Shown here piece by piece: positions 9,453-18,827 of a DNA stretch of 64,000 nucleotides; position 1 is the stretch's first letter; each line of letters starts with the position of its first letter. The translations under genes were made by a program, and so were the position numbers. Origin of the DNA: Promethearchaeota archaeon. Lineage in GTDB: Archaea > Asgardarchaeota > Lokiarchaeia > Sigyniarchaeales > SOKP01. The notes under the pieces were generated by a model. It had not been told where the DNA came from. It was given only the letters and a program-made list of their open reading frames with translations, and did no database searches. The DNA lies in contig JBHLLT010000002.1 in the NCBI GenBank assembly GCA_048938855.1, positions 32,001-96,000 on the forward strand, written 5' to 3'.

Positions 9453-10829
9453 GTGTTTTTTATGGTTGATTTTAGCAAAATTATTGATTTTTTTAATAAA
9501 AAGAATATACCTGAAAATATGTTAAATAGAGGTCAGCTTGTTTTAAATGAGTTTTTAAGACCAATAAAAATATTTTTTGAACAAAAAGCTGCACCCAAGG
9601 ATCCTTGGACTGATGAACAAATAGAGTTCCTTCTTCAAGTTTTATCAAATATGGACACAGATAAAGACATTAATGCTGCTAGAGTAGGTGAAAGAGAAGC
9701 AAGGATTGCCTCAAAACTACATTTGAAGACTTCAGCAGGATTTTGTCATGGTGTTGGAAGAAGTGGCTTTTTAACAGCTGCTCAACCAAAAGCACCAGGA
9801 GGCTCAATAATGTATGAATTATCAAACTATTTAGCTCGAAATATATTGAGAGAAAATGGGTTACCAAACATAAAAGATGCTATAATAACACCTGTATGTA
9901 CAGGAATGTCATTAGCATTAGCATTAGGAGCTTTAAATCCTTGGCAGTGTGATAGTAATTCGGTTTATAAACGAACTGTTTTAGTTCCCCAGATAGATCA
10001 TAAATCACTTTTAAAATCAATTAACCTTATGGGTTTTAAGGCAAAAATAGTTCCAGGGAAGATTTTTGGAGATGCTGTAAGAATACCAATTGGAGATATT
10101 AAAAAAAATTTAGACGAAGATTGTTTTGCAATTATCTCAGTAACTAGCTTTTTTCCACCTCGAGAACATGATGATATAAAGGAAATTTCTAAATTTGCAA
10201 AAGAAAACAATCTTGTGCATATTGTCATTAACGCATATGGGGTTCAAAGTCCAGAATGGATGAAATTGATTCGTTCAGCAATAGATGCAGGAAGAGTAGA
10301 CGCTATTATTCAGTCTACAGACAAAAATTTTCTAACACCCGTAGGAGGAGCAATAATAGCATCACCTATAAAAGAAAATATAGTAAAGATTAGCCAAGCA
10401 TATGCTGGTCGTGCTTCTGCTACTCCAGTTGTGAATTTTCTAATTTCAATCTTATCATTGGGGATCTCTGGTTATCAAAAGTTAATTGAACAACAACAAA
10501 ATAACCGTAAAATTCTTGAAATAAAACTCAGAGCAGTTGCAAATAAAATAAATGAGAGAATACTTGATATTTATAATCCAGTTGCAGTCGCATTATCATT
10601 GGAAAACATGAAAGATGAGCATCTATATGCTCTTGGTGGAGCATTGTATAATTTAAGAGTAACAGGACCAAGAGTATATAATCCAAAAGATAATATATTT
10701 GGTACCTGTTGTAGTGATTATCTAACTCCATATATCGTAATGAATGCCGCAATTGGAGCAACTGAGAAAGATATAATTTCTGCTGTAGAGAGATTTGAAA
10801 AAGCATATAATCAAGTAGTTCAATCATAA
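9453..10829 (+). CDS. spcS: O-phosphoseryl-tRNA(Sec) selenium transferase (SepSecS)
   Basis: VGEREARI, HGVGRSG...QPKA.G, QSTDKNF.TPVGG, YAGRAS; likely ATG at 9462; directly follows tRNA-Sec. Confidence 0.95.
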   Translation: MFFMVDFSKIIDFFNKKNIPENMLNRGQLVLNEFLRPIKIFFEQKAAPKDPWTDEQIEFLLQVLSNMDTDKDINAARVGEREARIASKLHLKTSAGFCHGVGRSGFLTAAQPKAPGGSIMYELSNYLARNILRENGLPNIKDAIITPVCTGMSLALALGALNPWQCDSNSVYKRTVLVPQIDHKSLLKSINLMGFKAKIVPGKIFGDAVRIPIGDIKKNLDEDCFAIISVTSFFPPREHDDIKEISKFAKENNLVHIVINAYGVQSPEWMKLIRSAIDAGRVDAIIQSTDKNFLTPVGGAIIASPIKENIVKISQAYAGRASATPVVNFLISILSLGISGYQKLIEQQQNNRKILEIKLRAVANKINERILDIYNPVAVALSLENMKDEHLYALGGALYNLRVTGPRVYNPKDNIFGTCCSDYLTPYIVMNAAIGATEKDIISAVERFEKAYNQVVQS

Positions 10830-10948
10830 AAATATATCAAATTTTCTAATATTCTATTTAAACAGAAATGAAAATAAATAAAAACTATAAGTTCTATATT
10901 TTACTATAAATTATTTGAACATTTTAAAATCATAAGTTAGGGTTCGTA

Positions 10949-11629
10949 ATGGAAAATCGACTTTTAACTCAATTTAATAACGTCATTACTTCTCAATGGC
11001 TTTTTAAACAATTAGAAGAAGAATATGGGTCCTTGAGCCCTCGAGAGTTATTTGAATTAGCTTACCATACATGCAATTCAGTAACAATGAGAAACATTTA
11101 TATTAAACAATCAACAAGCGAAGATGTAGGGGGTTCTAAAGCTGTTTTTTATTCAAATAGCAAGAAATTTATTGCCATAGAAGGATTAGATAAATCACTA
11201 AAAATAACTAAATACTTTAGTGAAGGAACAACAGGCGATAAAGTAATCACAGAAATTCACCCTTTGCTAAAAAAGAGAAAAGAATTATTCGCTAAAAAAG
11301 ATGCTGAACTTAAAACCCAAATATTAAAGAGCATTTTAGTTGAAAGAAAACTTGATGAATGCGCAAATTTAGTTATGTTGAAAGGAATAAATCGAAAAAT
11401 ATATTTTGCTATAGGTGATGCTAGAGAATCAGCTGCTGTTGTTCCAATATTTATGGAGGCTGAAGGGGCCAGTTTAGTTCAATTAGCTTTAAATAAATGG
11501 ATGGAAACTTCTCAAAGATTAGAGCAAGAACACAATTTTCCCGACAACCTTGTTCCCGGAATTCTCAAAAACCTTACACAAATAAAAAAGTGGCTTCTTG
11601 ATCTTATTAATTCAAATTTAGATAAATAG
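10949..11629 (+). CDS. Hypothetical protein
   Basis: 226-aa ORF with no motif I recognise. Confidence 0.6.
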   Translation: MENRLLTQFNNVITSQWLFKQLEEEYGSLSPRELFELAYHTCNSVTMRNIYIKQSTSEDVGGSKAVFYSNSKKFIAIEGLDKSLKITKYFSEGTTGDKVITEIHPLLKKRKELFAKKDAELKTQILKSILVERKLDECANLVMLKGINRKIYFAIGDARESAAVVPIFMEAEGASLVQLALNKWMETSQRLEQEHNFPDNLVPGILKNLTQIKKWLLDLINSNLDK

Positions 11630-11787
11630 GACTTTATTTACTCCTTTTATTCTTTCATTATCTCTATGATATAATTCTAAGGTAAGTAAAGATAACACAG
11701 AGGCATATATAAAAAAACGTAAAATAGATGTTTCACGATCAAATTTCTTAAAAATTAACATAATCTGCTTTAAGTTAATATTTGAAA

Positions 11788-11962
11788 TGGGCCATCGGGG
11801 ATTTTCATGCTTTTTTTAATCAATCAAGCTTTTTGAACCCCGGATCTCAGGTTTTTACTTTCTCAGACAATTTTACTTAATGTATGTCCGATGGTCATTT
11901 ATAAGACCTGCGCTTGTTGACCAAGCACCTAAACCTTGTTAACCAAGCTAAGCAAATGGCCC
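11788..11962 (-). tRNA. tRNA-Ile(TAT) with three BHB introns (21/22: 11916-11939; 37/38 or 38/39: 11853-11898; 59/60: 11802-11831)
   Basis: Spliced 75-nt cloverleaf: GGGCCAT TT GCTT AGCTTGGTTA AAGC G CAGGT CTTATAA ACCTG AGATC CGGGG TTCAAAT CCCCG ATGGCCC A. It has A73, C4-G69 and a short variable loop. Confidence 0.85.
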
Positions 11963-12114
11963 AAATCAATTGAAATATAAAATTATTATAAACTAATTAA
12001 ATCAGAAAAAAGATAAAAATTTTTTTATTGGAGTACTCTGTTATATTTATAATTGAAGTGATAAAAAGAGAGATCTTTATATCAAAAAATAAAAATTGAA
12101 AATGTTGAATTAAT

Positions 12115-12528
12115 ATGGCTGAAATGTTAACAGATTTGCTTCAAAATATCTATAAAAGGATTGCGCAATTAGGACAATCTATTCAACAGCTTAACGAGTC
12201 TATTAATAATCTAAATCAGAATATTGAAGACAAGATTGCAAAATTAACCTCAAAATTAGAAGAATTCTCTAATGAGATAAATCTTACTCAAACTAAACAT
12301 ATTGATGCTGTAAAGGAGATTGGAGCAGGAACAACTGATGAATTAAAAGTAATCCAAGAAGGATTAGGTTTAGCTGCTTTAAAAAACTTAATTAAAAAAC
12401 TAGAGGATTTTTCCAAGCTTTCTGAAGGTGTTCTTAACCAAGATACTGTAAATTTACTATTATCAGAAGCAATTGATTCTGTTAAAAGCCTTAAAAAATC
12501 TATTAAAGAAGAAGAGGTAATGGAATAA
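12115..12528 (+). CDS. Coiled-coil hypothetical protein
   Basis: Heptad-rich, 137 aa; abuts the next gene. Confidence 0.65.
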   Translation: MAEMLTDLLQNIYKRIAQLGQSIQQLNESINNLNQNIEDKIAKLTSKLEEFSNEINLTQTKHIDAVKEIGAGTTDELKVIQEGLGLAALKNLIKKLEDFSKLSEGVLNQDTVNLLLSEAIDSVKSLKKSIKEEEVME

Positions 12529-12948
12529 ATGGCTGAAGCTTTATTAGATCAAATGATCCAAAAAATAAATCAGATTATGGCTTCATTAGATGGGACAATA
12601 GCTCAGATTAACCAAATGAGAGGTTCAATTAATCAGATGAGTCAGAATTTCTCTGAACAAACAGTAGCTATGACAGAAAATATTAGATTAATAGTAGAAG
12701 TCTTAAAACAATTTCGTGTGCAATCCACAAAAAGTCTTACTGACCTATCCGATGATTTTAATCAAAAAGTAAAAGAACTCTGGGAAAAAAAATCTATAGA
12801 AACAATAACGGAAGAAGAAAAGAAAGCTATTGACATTATAAAACAAGCATCTAAAGCAGTAACAGACAATCTTTATTTTGCTCAATTATTGAATATAATT
12901 CAGAGTATAAGAGAAGAAACCAATAGGATAATTAGTGCTAGTCAATAA
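12529..12948 (+). CDS. Coiled-coil hypothetical protein (probable paralog of the upstream gene)
   Basis: Similar size and N-terminus (MAE.L.D....I...I..L...I.Q.N.SI). Confidence 0.65.
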   Translation: MAEALLDQMIQKINQIMASLDGTIAQINQMRGSINQMSQNFSEQTVAMTENIRLIVEVLKQFRVQSTKSLTDLSDDFNQKVKELWEKKSIETITEEEKKAIDIIKQASKAVTDNLYFAQLLNIIQSIREETNRIISASQ

Positions 12949-13021
12949 CAAATTTTTAATTTTTTTAAACTTAGTTTTAATTTAGTTCAGTATTATATAT
13001 ATAAAAGGTGTATAAGTTTAA

Positions 13022-13927
13022 ATGCCAACAGGTTCTTTCGTTATCTTACTTCCCACTGAATCAGATTACAAAATTTTAGGCTATTATTTTAAGGAAGGAA
13101 CATCTGGTTTTGAAATAACAAACGATTTATTTTTAAGATTAAACCTTGATCATTCAAAGAACGAATTTAATCTGCTAAAAATAAAGGATCTTCAAATTTT
13201 TTCATATATTCATAAATTTAAAGGAAAACTATCTCGAAACGCTTCAGGAATTATAATTGGGCTATTATTAAACGAAGATGATAAACCAAATAAGTTTCGA
13301 TCCTCTCTTAAAGAAGCAGCAGAAGCTTTCGAGATTCCTAGTCTCAATATTCTTAAGAAATCAAAAGAACAATTTGAAGCGATATTAAAAGATGTATATT
13401 TGGAGCATTTAGAACCATTAATAGATATTCTTCAACCTGACACATTGAAAAATAGTATTATTAACATTACAAAATTAATGCTTAGTGGTGGGAAAAAGGA
13501 AAGAAAAATTGCTCAGGAACTTTTGGAAAAGGTTGAAAATGGTGAACATAACAAAATCTCGGAACATTACAATACTGCTGAGAGTGCTATGAAATCTTTA
13601 GAATATGAAAAAGCTGCAAAATTTTATAATAAAGCGGCAGAAATTGCAGAAGGTCTCTATATAATGGATATCGCAACTTCTCTTAAAGAAAAAGGTAATT
13701 TTTCCCAACAGATTCCTGATTTATCTAAAGAGAGAGAAAGAATTGTGCAAGAAGCGAGAAATGCTCTAAGAAATGAGGATTTTCATACAGCTTACACTTA
13801 TTATAAAAGAGCGAGTGAAATTTCAAAAAAATTGATCCAATTCGATAAAGAAGAAGAATATCGATTAAAAGCAAAAGCTTTAGAAGATTTTTATAAGATC
13901 GATGAAAAATATAGAAAAAATAAATAA
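13022..13927 (+). CDS. Putative longin/uDENN-like N-terminal domain plus TPR-like helical repeats
   Basis: Beta-beta-alpha-beta-beta-beta-alpha pattern ending in IIGLLL.EDD.P; C-terminal YEKAAKFYNKAAE and FHTAYTYYKRASE repeats. Confidence 0.5.
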   Translation: MPTGSFVILLPTESDYKILGYYFKEGTSGFEITNDLFLRLNLDHSKNEFNLLKIKDLQIFSYIHKFKGKLSRNASGIIIGLLLNEDDKPNKFRSSLKEAAEAFEIPSLNILKKSKEQFEAILKDVYLEHLEPLIDILQPDTLKNSIINITKLMLSGGKKERKIAQELLEKVENGEHNKISEHYNTAESAMKSLEYEKAAKFYNKAAEIAEGLYIMDIATSLKEKGNFSQQIPDLSKERERIVQEARNALRNEDFHTAYTYYKRASEISKKLIQFDKEEEYRLKAKALEDFYKIDEKYRKNK

Positions 13928-13987
13928 ACTTCTCTTGTATTATTTTTTATAAATATTATCTATTACATTGGTTGTCTTTTTTCTGAA

Positions 13988-14818
13988 ATGGCGGAATTTA
14001 ATCAAAAAATTATATGCTTACTCACTGATTTTGGCTTAAAAGGTCAACATTATGTTGCGAGTATGAAAGGGGTCATGTTAAAAATCAATCCTAATATAAG
14101 AATAGTCAATATCACCCATAATATTACTCCGTTTTCAATAATCGAAGCATCATATATTTTAAAATTAACTTATATGCTTTTTCCTGAAGGATCAATATTT
14201 ATAATTGTAGTTGATCCAGGAGTTGGAAGTTCACGAGAAATTTTAGCAATTAAAACAAAGTCAAATCATTATTTTATTGGACCTAATAATGGAATATTTT
14301 CTGGTACAATTGCTAACAATATAGAAGAATGTATTGAAATACAAAACGATTATTTTTTTAATAAACCAATTTCGAATACGTTTCATGGAAGAGATATTAT
14401 GGCACCAGTTGCAGCACATTTGATATCTGGTGTTCCATTAAATAAATTTGGACCTCAGTTTGACCAAAATCTTATAAAAAAATTCCCATTTAAATATAAT
14501 ATTGATTTCAAGAATAAGATTGTTCAATGTGTAATTCAATACATAGATACTTTTGGAAATATAACAACAAATATACCAATAGCCAATAATAAGATTCAAA
14601 ATAGTGAAATCACCTTAAATGAAGGAAAAGGAATAATTGTTGAAATTGGGGAAAAAATATATGAAGGGCATTTTACAATAAATTTTTCAAGTGTTCCAGT
14701 TGGATCAATCTTATTTCTTATTGGTTCGACTGGATTTCTTGAAATTTCAATGAATCAAGGAAACGCCTCTAAAGAATTGGGATTAAATACAGGAGATATA
14801 ATAAAAATTAAATTATAG
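13988..14818 (+). CDS. SAM hydroxide adenosyltransferase (DUF62, chlorinase/fluorinase family)
   Basis: LLTDFG, VVDPGVGS.R, SNTFHGRDIMAP, YIDTFGN, LEIS.NQGNA. Confidence 0.92.
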   Translation: MAEFNQKIICLLTDFGLKGQHYVASMKGVMLKINPNIRIVNITHNITPFSIIEASYILKLTYMLFPEGSIFIIVVDPGVGSSREILAIKTKSNHYFIGPNNGIFSGTIANNIEECIEIQNDYFFNKPISNTFHGRDIMAPVAAHLISGVPLNKFGPQFDQNLIKKFPFKYNIDFKNKIVQCVIQYIDTFGNITTNIPIANNKIQNSEITLNEGKGIIVEIGEKIYEGHFTINFSSVPVGSILFLIGSTGFLEISMNQGNASKELGLNTGDIIKIKL

Positions 14819-14833
14819 AGCGAATTTTTAGGT

Positions 14834-15967
14834 ATGGAAAAAGAATTATTAGCTTGTATTGATAAAAAAAATAAAAAATTTTTACAATCTGGCCAAGTTT
14901 CAAAATATATTTTTCCCGTGGAAAGAAAAATAGCCCATAAAAAAAAAATTAGTCATTTAATTACTAGATTCTTTATATTGTCCGTAAAACCAAATGGTTC
15001 TCAATATTATTTGGTGCAAAAACGTGGAAAAACAAAAGAAACTTTTTCAGGTTTTTTCACCGATTCATCTTCAGGACATGTAAATTGGGATAAAAATTTA
15101 AACCTAAATAAAATTAGGCAAAACGCATTAAGAGAACTTAAAGAAGAATTTGGAATCCCTATATCTGAAGTTAAGAGAATGAAGTTTTACGATTTAAATA
15201 CAGAAGGAGATGAAATCGCATATATATTTATAGGATGTGTTGATATAAATACTCCATTAAATCCAGATGAGAATGAGTTGGATGTTAAGTTTAGTAAATT
15301 CTATAATAAGTCCGAACTTGAAGAACTCTTGGAAAAAGAACAATGTATCGATTATTCAAAAGAAATTTGGAAAAAACTTTTAAATATAAACATTTTCACA
15401 CTCTTCAATAACAAACCTGAGTACTCCTTTAGAAATAAAAATTCAATTGCTTTATTCATAGGAAGATTTCAACCTTTACATCATGGACATCTTTATGTTA
15501 TAAAGCAGATTTTAAAATCTAGGAATTTTCTTAAAATTGGAATTGGTAGTTCTCAATTATCCCATACTCTCAATGATCCATTCACATCTGAAGAAAGGAA
15601 AATGTTTCTTATTAAAGCCCTAGAAAAAAGAGGTATTTCTTCAAGTTCATATGAAATATATGATATACCTGATATTTTTAATGCAACTAAATGGGTAGAT
15701 CATGTAATTTCGATAGTTGGGGAATTTAATTCAATTTACTCTAATAGTGACTGGGTAAGAGAATTATTTTCTAATAAAGGAATTAAAGTTGAGAAGAAAT
15801 TATCAATTTTTAATAAAAAATTCAGTGCGTATAATATTCGTAGATTAATTTCTAAGAATGATAAAAAGTGGAAAACTCTAGTACCAAAAGAAGTAGTTGA
15901 GCTTATTGAAGAATTCAATGGAATTAATCGAATACAATCTCTATATGAGAAAACAGGTAATTTATAA
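14834..15967 (+). CDS. nadM: Nudix domain fused to nicotinamide-nucleotide adenylyltransferase (NadM)
   Basis: N-terminal Nudix box (GHV...ALRELKEEFGI); C-terminal GRFQPLHHGH, GIGSSQ, PFT.EER, W..LVP. Confidence 0.85.
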   Translation: MEKELLACIDKKNKKFLQSGQVSKYIFPVERKIAHKKKISHLITRFFILSVKPNGSQYYLVQKRGKTKETFSGFFTDSSSGHVNWDKNLNLNKIRQNALRELKEEFGIPISEVKRMKFYDLNTEGDEIAYIFIGCVDINTPLNPDENELDVKFSKFYNKSELEELLEKEQCIDYSKEIWKKLLNINIFTLFNNKPEYSFRNKNSIALFIGRFQPLHHGHLYVIKQILKSRNFLKIGIGSSQLSHTLNDPFTSEERKMFLIKALEKRGISSSSYEIYDIPDIFNATKWVDHVISIVGEFNSIYSNSDWVRELFSNKGIKVEKKLSIFNKKFSAYNIRRLISKNDKKWKTLVPKEVVELIEEFNGINRIQSLYEKTGNL

Positions 15968-17025
15968 TGTCACATGAAATCTTAGAAATTGATGGATCCT
16001 TAGGAGAAGGTGGTGGTGCAATACTTCGAATAGGAGCAGGATACTCAGTTTTGTTTGAAAATCCAATTCGAATTAAAAACATAAGAGCTAATAGATCTAA
16101 ACCGGGATTAAGATTACAGCATTTAATTGGCTTAAAAACCTTATCTGAATTAACAAACAGTGACTTGTCTGAATGTCAGATTGGAACCACGCAAATAACA
16201 TTAAAACCTAAAAGATCAATTAAAAGTAATATTGATGTCGAAATTGCTACTGCTGGTAATCTTGGTTTATTACTTCAACCTATTCAAATTGCATGTTTAG
16301 GTTTTAATAAACCAGAGAAAATAGAAATAAATATGAAGGGAGGGGGGACATTTGGAAAGTGGGCTCCAAGTCTTAATTATCTTCAGCGTGTGACATACAG
16401 TATTTTTAAAAATCACGGATTTAACATTAATATTGATATTCAGAAACATGGTTTTTATCCTAAAGGAGGTGCTGCCGTAAAATGTACTATAAATCCTCCA
16501 AAAAATAGTCTTAAATCGCTTAATTTGGTGGAATTAGGCGCTATTGATTTAATTCAGGGAGAGATTATTTGTACTGAGCATTTAATTAATAAGAAAGTAT
16601 GTGAGAGAATAAAGAAATCTGCAGAACAACGAATTGCAAAACAATTACATCTTGATGGTAAGATCGACTATAAATATGTACAGTCCCTAAGCCCTGGAGT
16701 AGGTCTTTCTCTATGGGCAAATTCAGATACAGGAGCCATAATTTCTACTGGAACCATATTAGGAGAACGAAATATTAGTTCAGAAAACCTCGGGATTATA
16801 GCAGCTGATAAACTTATTAAATATATTAAAAACAAAATTCCTGTTGATAATTATCTTAGCGATCAATTAATTCCTCTCATGGGATTTATTAAAAAACCTT
16901 CAAGGATAAAAGTCCTAGAGGTAACAAATCACACTAAAACAAACCTAGAATTGATAAAATTATTTTTGAATAGAAATTATCAGATTAAAAATGAAAAATC
17001 TCATTCCATAATTGAATTTCTCTAA
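15967..17025 (+). CDS. rtcA: RNA 3'-terminal phosphate cyclase
   Basis: IDGS.GEGGG.ILR, IRANR.KPGL..QHL, GFYPKGG, D.YLSDQL, catalytic T.HT.TN. Confidence 0.93.
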   Translation: MSHEILEIDGSLGEGGGAILRIGAGYSVLFENPIRIKNIRANRSKPGLRLQHLIGLKTLSELTNSDLSECQIGTTQITLKPKRSIKSNIDVEIATAGNLGLLLQPIQIACLGFNKPEKIEINMKGGGTFGKWAPSLNYLQRVTYSIFKNHGFNINIDIQKHGFYPKGGAAVKCTINPPKNSLKSLNLVELGAIDLIQGEIICTEHLINKKVCERIKKSAEQRIAKQLHLDGKIDYKYVQSLSPGVGLSLWANSDTGAIISTGTILGERNISSENLGIIAADKLIKYIKNKIPVDNYLSDQLIPLMGFIKKPSRIKVLEVTNHTKTNLELIKLFLNRNYQIKNEKSHSIIEFL

Positions 17026-17149
17026 TTGACAAATAATATTTATAAATAGAAAGTTTTAATCAATTATTTATCAAAAGATTAGAAGAAATTTATATAAGAA
17101 TATTTTATTATATGTTTATTATAAAAATTATTAATATATTCACATAAGA

Positions 17150-18052
17150 ATGTCTCAGACAGTTGCCGCATTTCAGCGATGCCCAAGATGTGGAAATGAG
17201 AATACAGCTGATAGTTATGCCTGCAATTTCTGTGGATTTAGGTTGAAAATAGAAAGAATTGAAAAAATTAGGTTTTTTAGGAGATATGAGGCAGAATGGA
17301 CAGGACCTTACCATTGGTATATGAAGATTTTTTATCTTTTTGTGAATGCACCAAAAGCCTTTCACGATATCAACCATAAAAGAAGTAAAGCCCCTGGATG
17401 GTTAATTCTTCTATTTTGTTCTTTGTTATATGGATTAATGGGTTTAGCAATTTTCTCACATGTTAGTATTACAGGAATTCCACCTTATACTTTTGGTCAT
17501 TTTCTTTATGGAATTGTTTTTTTCGCATCATTTTTTGTATTTGGTTTTTGTTTTCAATTAGTATTTTTTTGGTTTTTAATATGGGCATTTAGTAAAAGTG
17601 CTAATTATGCAGTTGGATTCACAGATAAATTAGAAAAACGCTTTGGTGGATTAAAAGAAGAAAAAGAAAAATATAAAGAAACAGAAATAAGTCCATTTAG
17701 TATATATAAAGGTGGAACGATGCTACAATTAGAAGGAGCATATAAATTCAGAATGATGTTATGTGCTTTTACACCATTTTTAGCAATAAATGCAATTAAG
17801 ATTTTAATAGTTGTTCTTGGATTCCCTACTGTCAATGATGTTAATCTTGATCAATTATTTAATGCGCCAACTTGGGCAGTTTTGGATGTAATCGATGCAT
17901 TAACTCTAGCTACATGGGTCCCAATTCTAATGACACTCGCTATAAGAGAATTAAGTAATTCTTCTACTACGCGTGTATTAATACCTAATATAATTATAGG
18001 TGTAATAGTAGCTATTATATTCTATTTCCTACGTCCAACATTATTTGGTTAA
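17150..18052 (+). CDS. Zinc-ribbon plus Yip1-like multi-pass membrane protein
   Basis: CPRC..CNFC, then P..AF..I followed by about 5 TM helices. Confidence 0.6.
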   Translation: MSQTVAAFQRCPRCGNENTADSYACNFCGFRLKIERIEKIRFFRRYEAEWTGPYHWYMKIFYLFVNAPKAFHDINHKRSKAPGWLILLFCSLLYGLMGLAIFSHVSITGIPPYTFGHFLYGIVFFASFFVFGFCFQLVFFWFLIWAFSKSANYAVGFTDKLEKRFGGLKEEKEKYKETEISPFSIYKGGTMLQLEGAYKFRMMLCAFTPFLAINAIKILIVVLGFPTVNDVNLDQLFNAPTWAVLDVIDALTLATWVPILMTLAIRELSNSSTTRVLIPNIIIGVIVAIIFYFLRPTLFG

Positions 18053-18116
18053 ATTTATTAGCTTTCAATCAAAACGAAATATTAAAATCCTCATTTTTTA
18101 CATATTTAGTTGTAGT

Positions 18117-18737
18117 ATGACAGAAGAATCTAATACTCCCGATATTGAATCAAAAATAGAATCTGAACTATTTGCTTTAGTTAAATCAATTACTAATTTA
18201 AATATAAAATATCAAAAAGGGGTTGTTAATCAAAATTTCTTTAAAAAAGCTTTAAAGACGACTATGAATAACTTCATAAAATTAAATTTCACTTTAGAAG
18301 AAAATAAAATTCAGTTGGCAGATCTCCTCAATAGAATGGATTTTACTGAAGAATATAACTCCGCTATAGAGATCATTAATCGAGTTTCATCACTCAATAT
18401 ATCAGAAGAAAGTATTTCTCCAAAAAATCATACATTTTTAGAATTACCAGGAATTACTTCTGAAATAACAACGTCTTTCATAACTCTGATGGATGCGTTA
18501 ACGCTAGAAGGTTTATCAAACAACAATTTAATAATAAATTTATTTGAGGAATTAACTGATAATTTAAGTAAATTCCCGGGATTAGATGATATTCTAATTA
18601 GGGTTGAATCAGTTCAAACCAAAACGCTAAATCACACCAACCAATTATATTCAGATTTACAATTGAAAGAAAAATTAATAGAAGATTTATATCAAATTTT
18701 CAAAGATTTTCAAAACAAGCTACGGGTAAATTCTTAG
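18117..18737 (+). CDS. vps28: Vps28-like ESCRT-I subunit
   Basis: SELFALVKSI..L...Y.KG.V matches the Vps28 N-terminal core and EITTSFITLMDAL.L the C-terminal signature; likely ATG at 18117. Confidence 0.75.
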   Translation: MTEESNTPDIESKIESELFALVKSITNLNIKYQKGVVNQNFFKKALKTTMNNFIKLNFTLEENKIQLADLLNRMDFTEEYNSAIEIINRVSSLNISEESISPKNHTFLELPGITSEITTSFITLMDALTLEGLSNNNLIINLFEELTDNLSKFPGLDDILIRVESVQTKTLNHTNQLYSDLQLKEKLIEDLYQIFKDFQNKLRVNS

Positions 18738-18827
18738 GCAAAATAAAAAAATTAATATTTTTTAAGAAATTTCATTTTATATAATTTAATTATTGAATTT
18801 CTAAAGAAGAGCATAAGGTAATTTATT

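Noticed and set aside
11848-11910. Alternative anticodons (GTA Tyr or TAA Leu) for the minus-strand tRNA via a different splice site
   Set aside because: The A-run does not give a 7-nt loop for GTA, and the short variable loop excludes Leu. BHB geometry and acceptor identity fit Ile(TAT).
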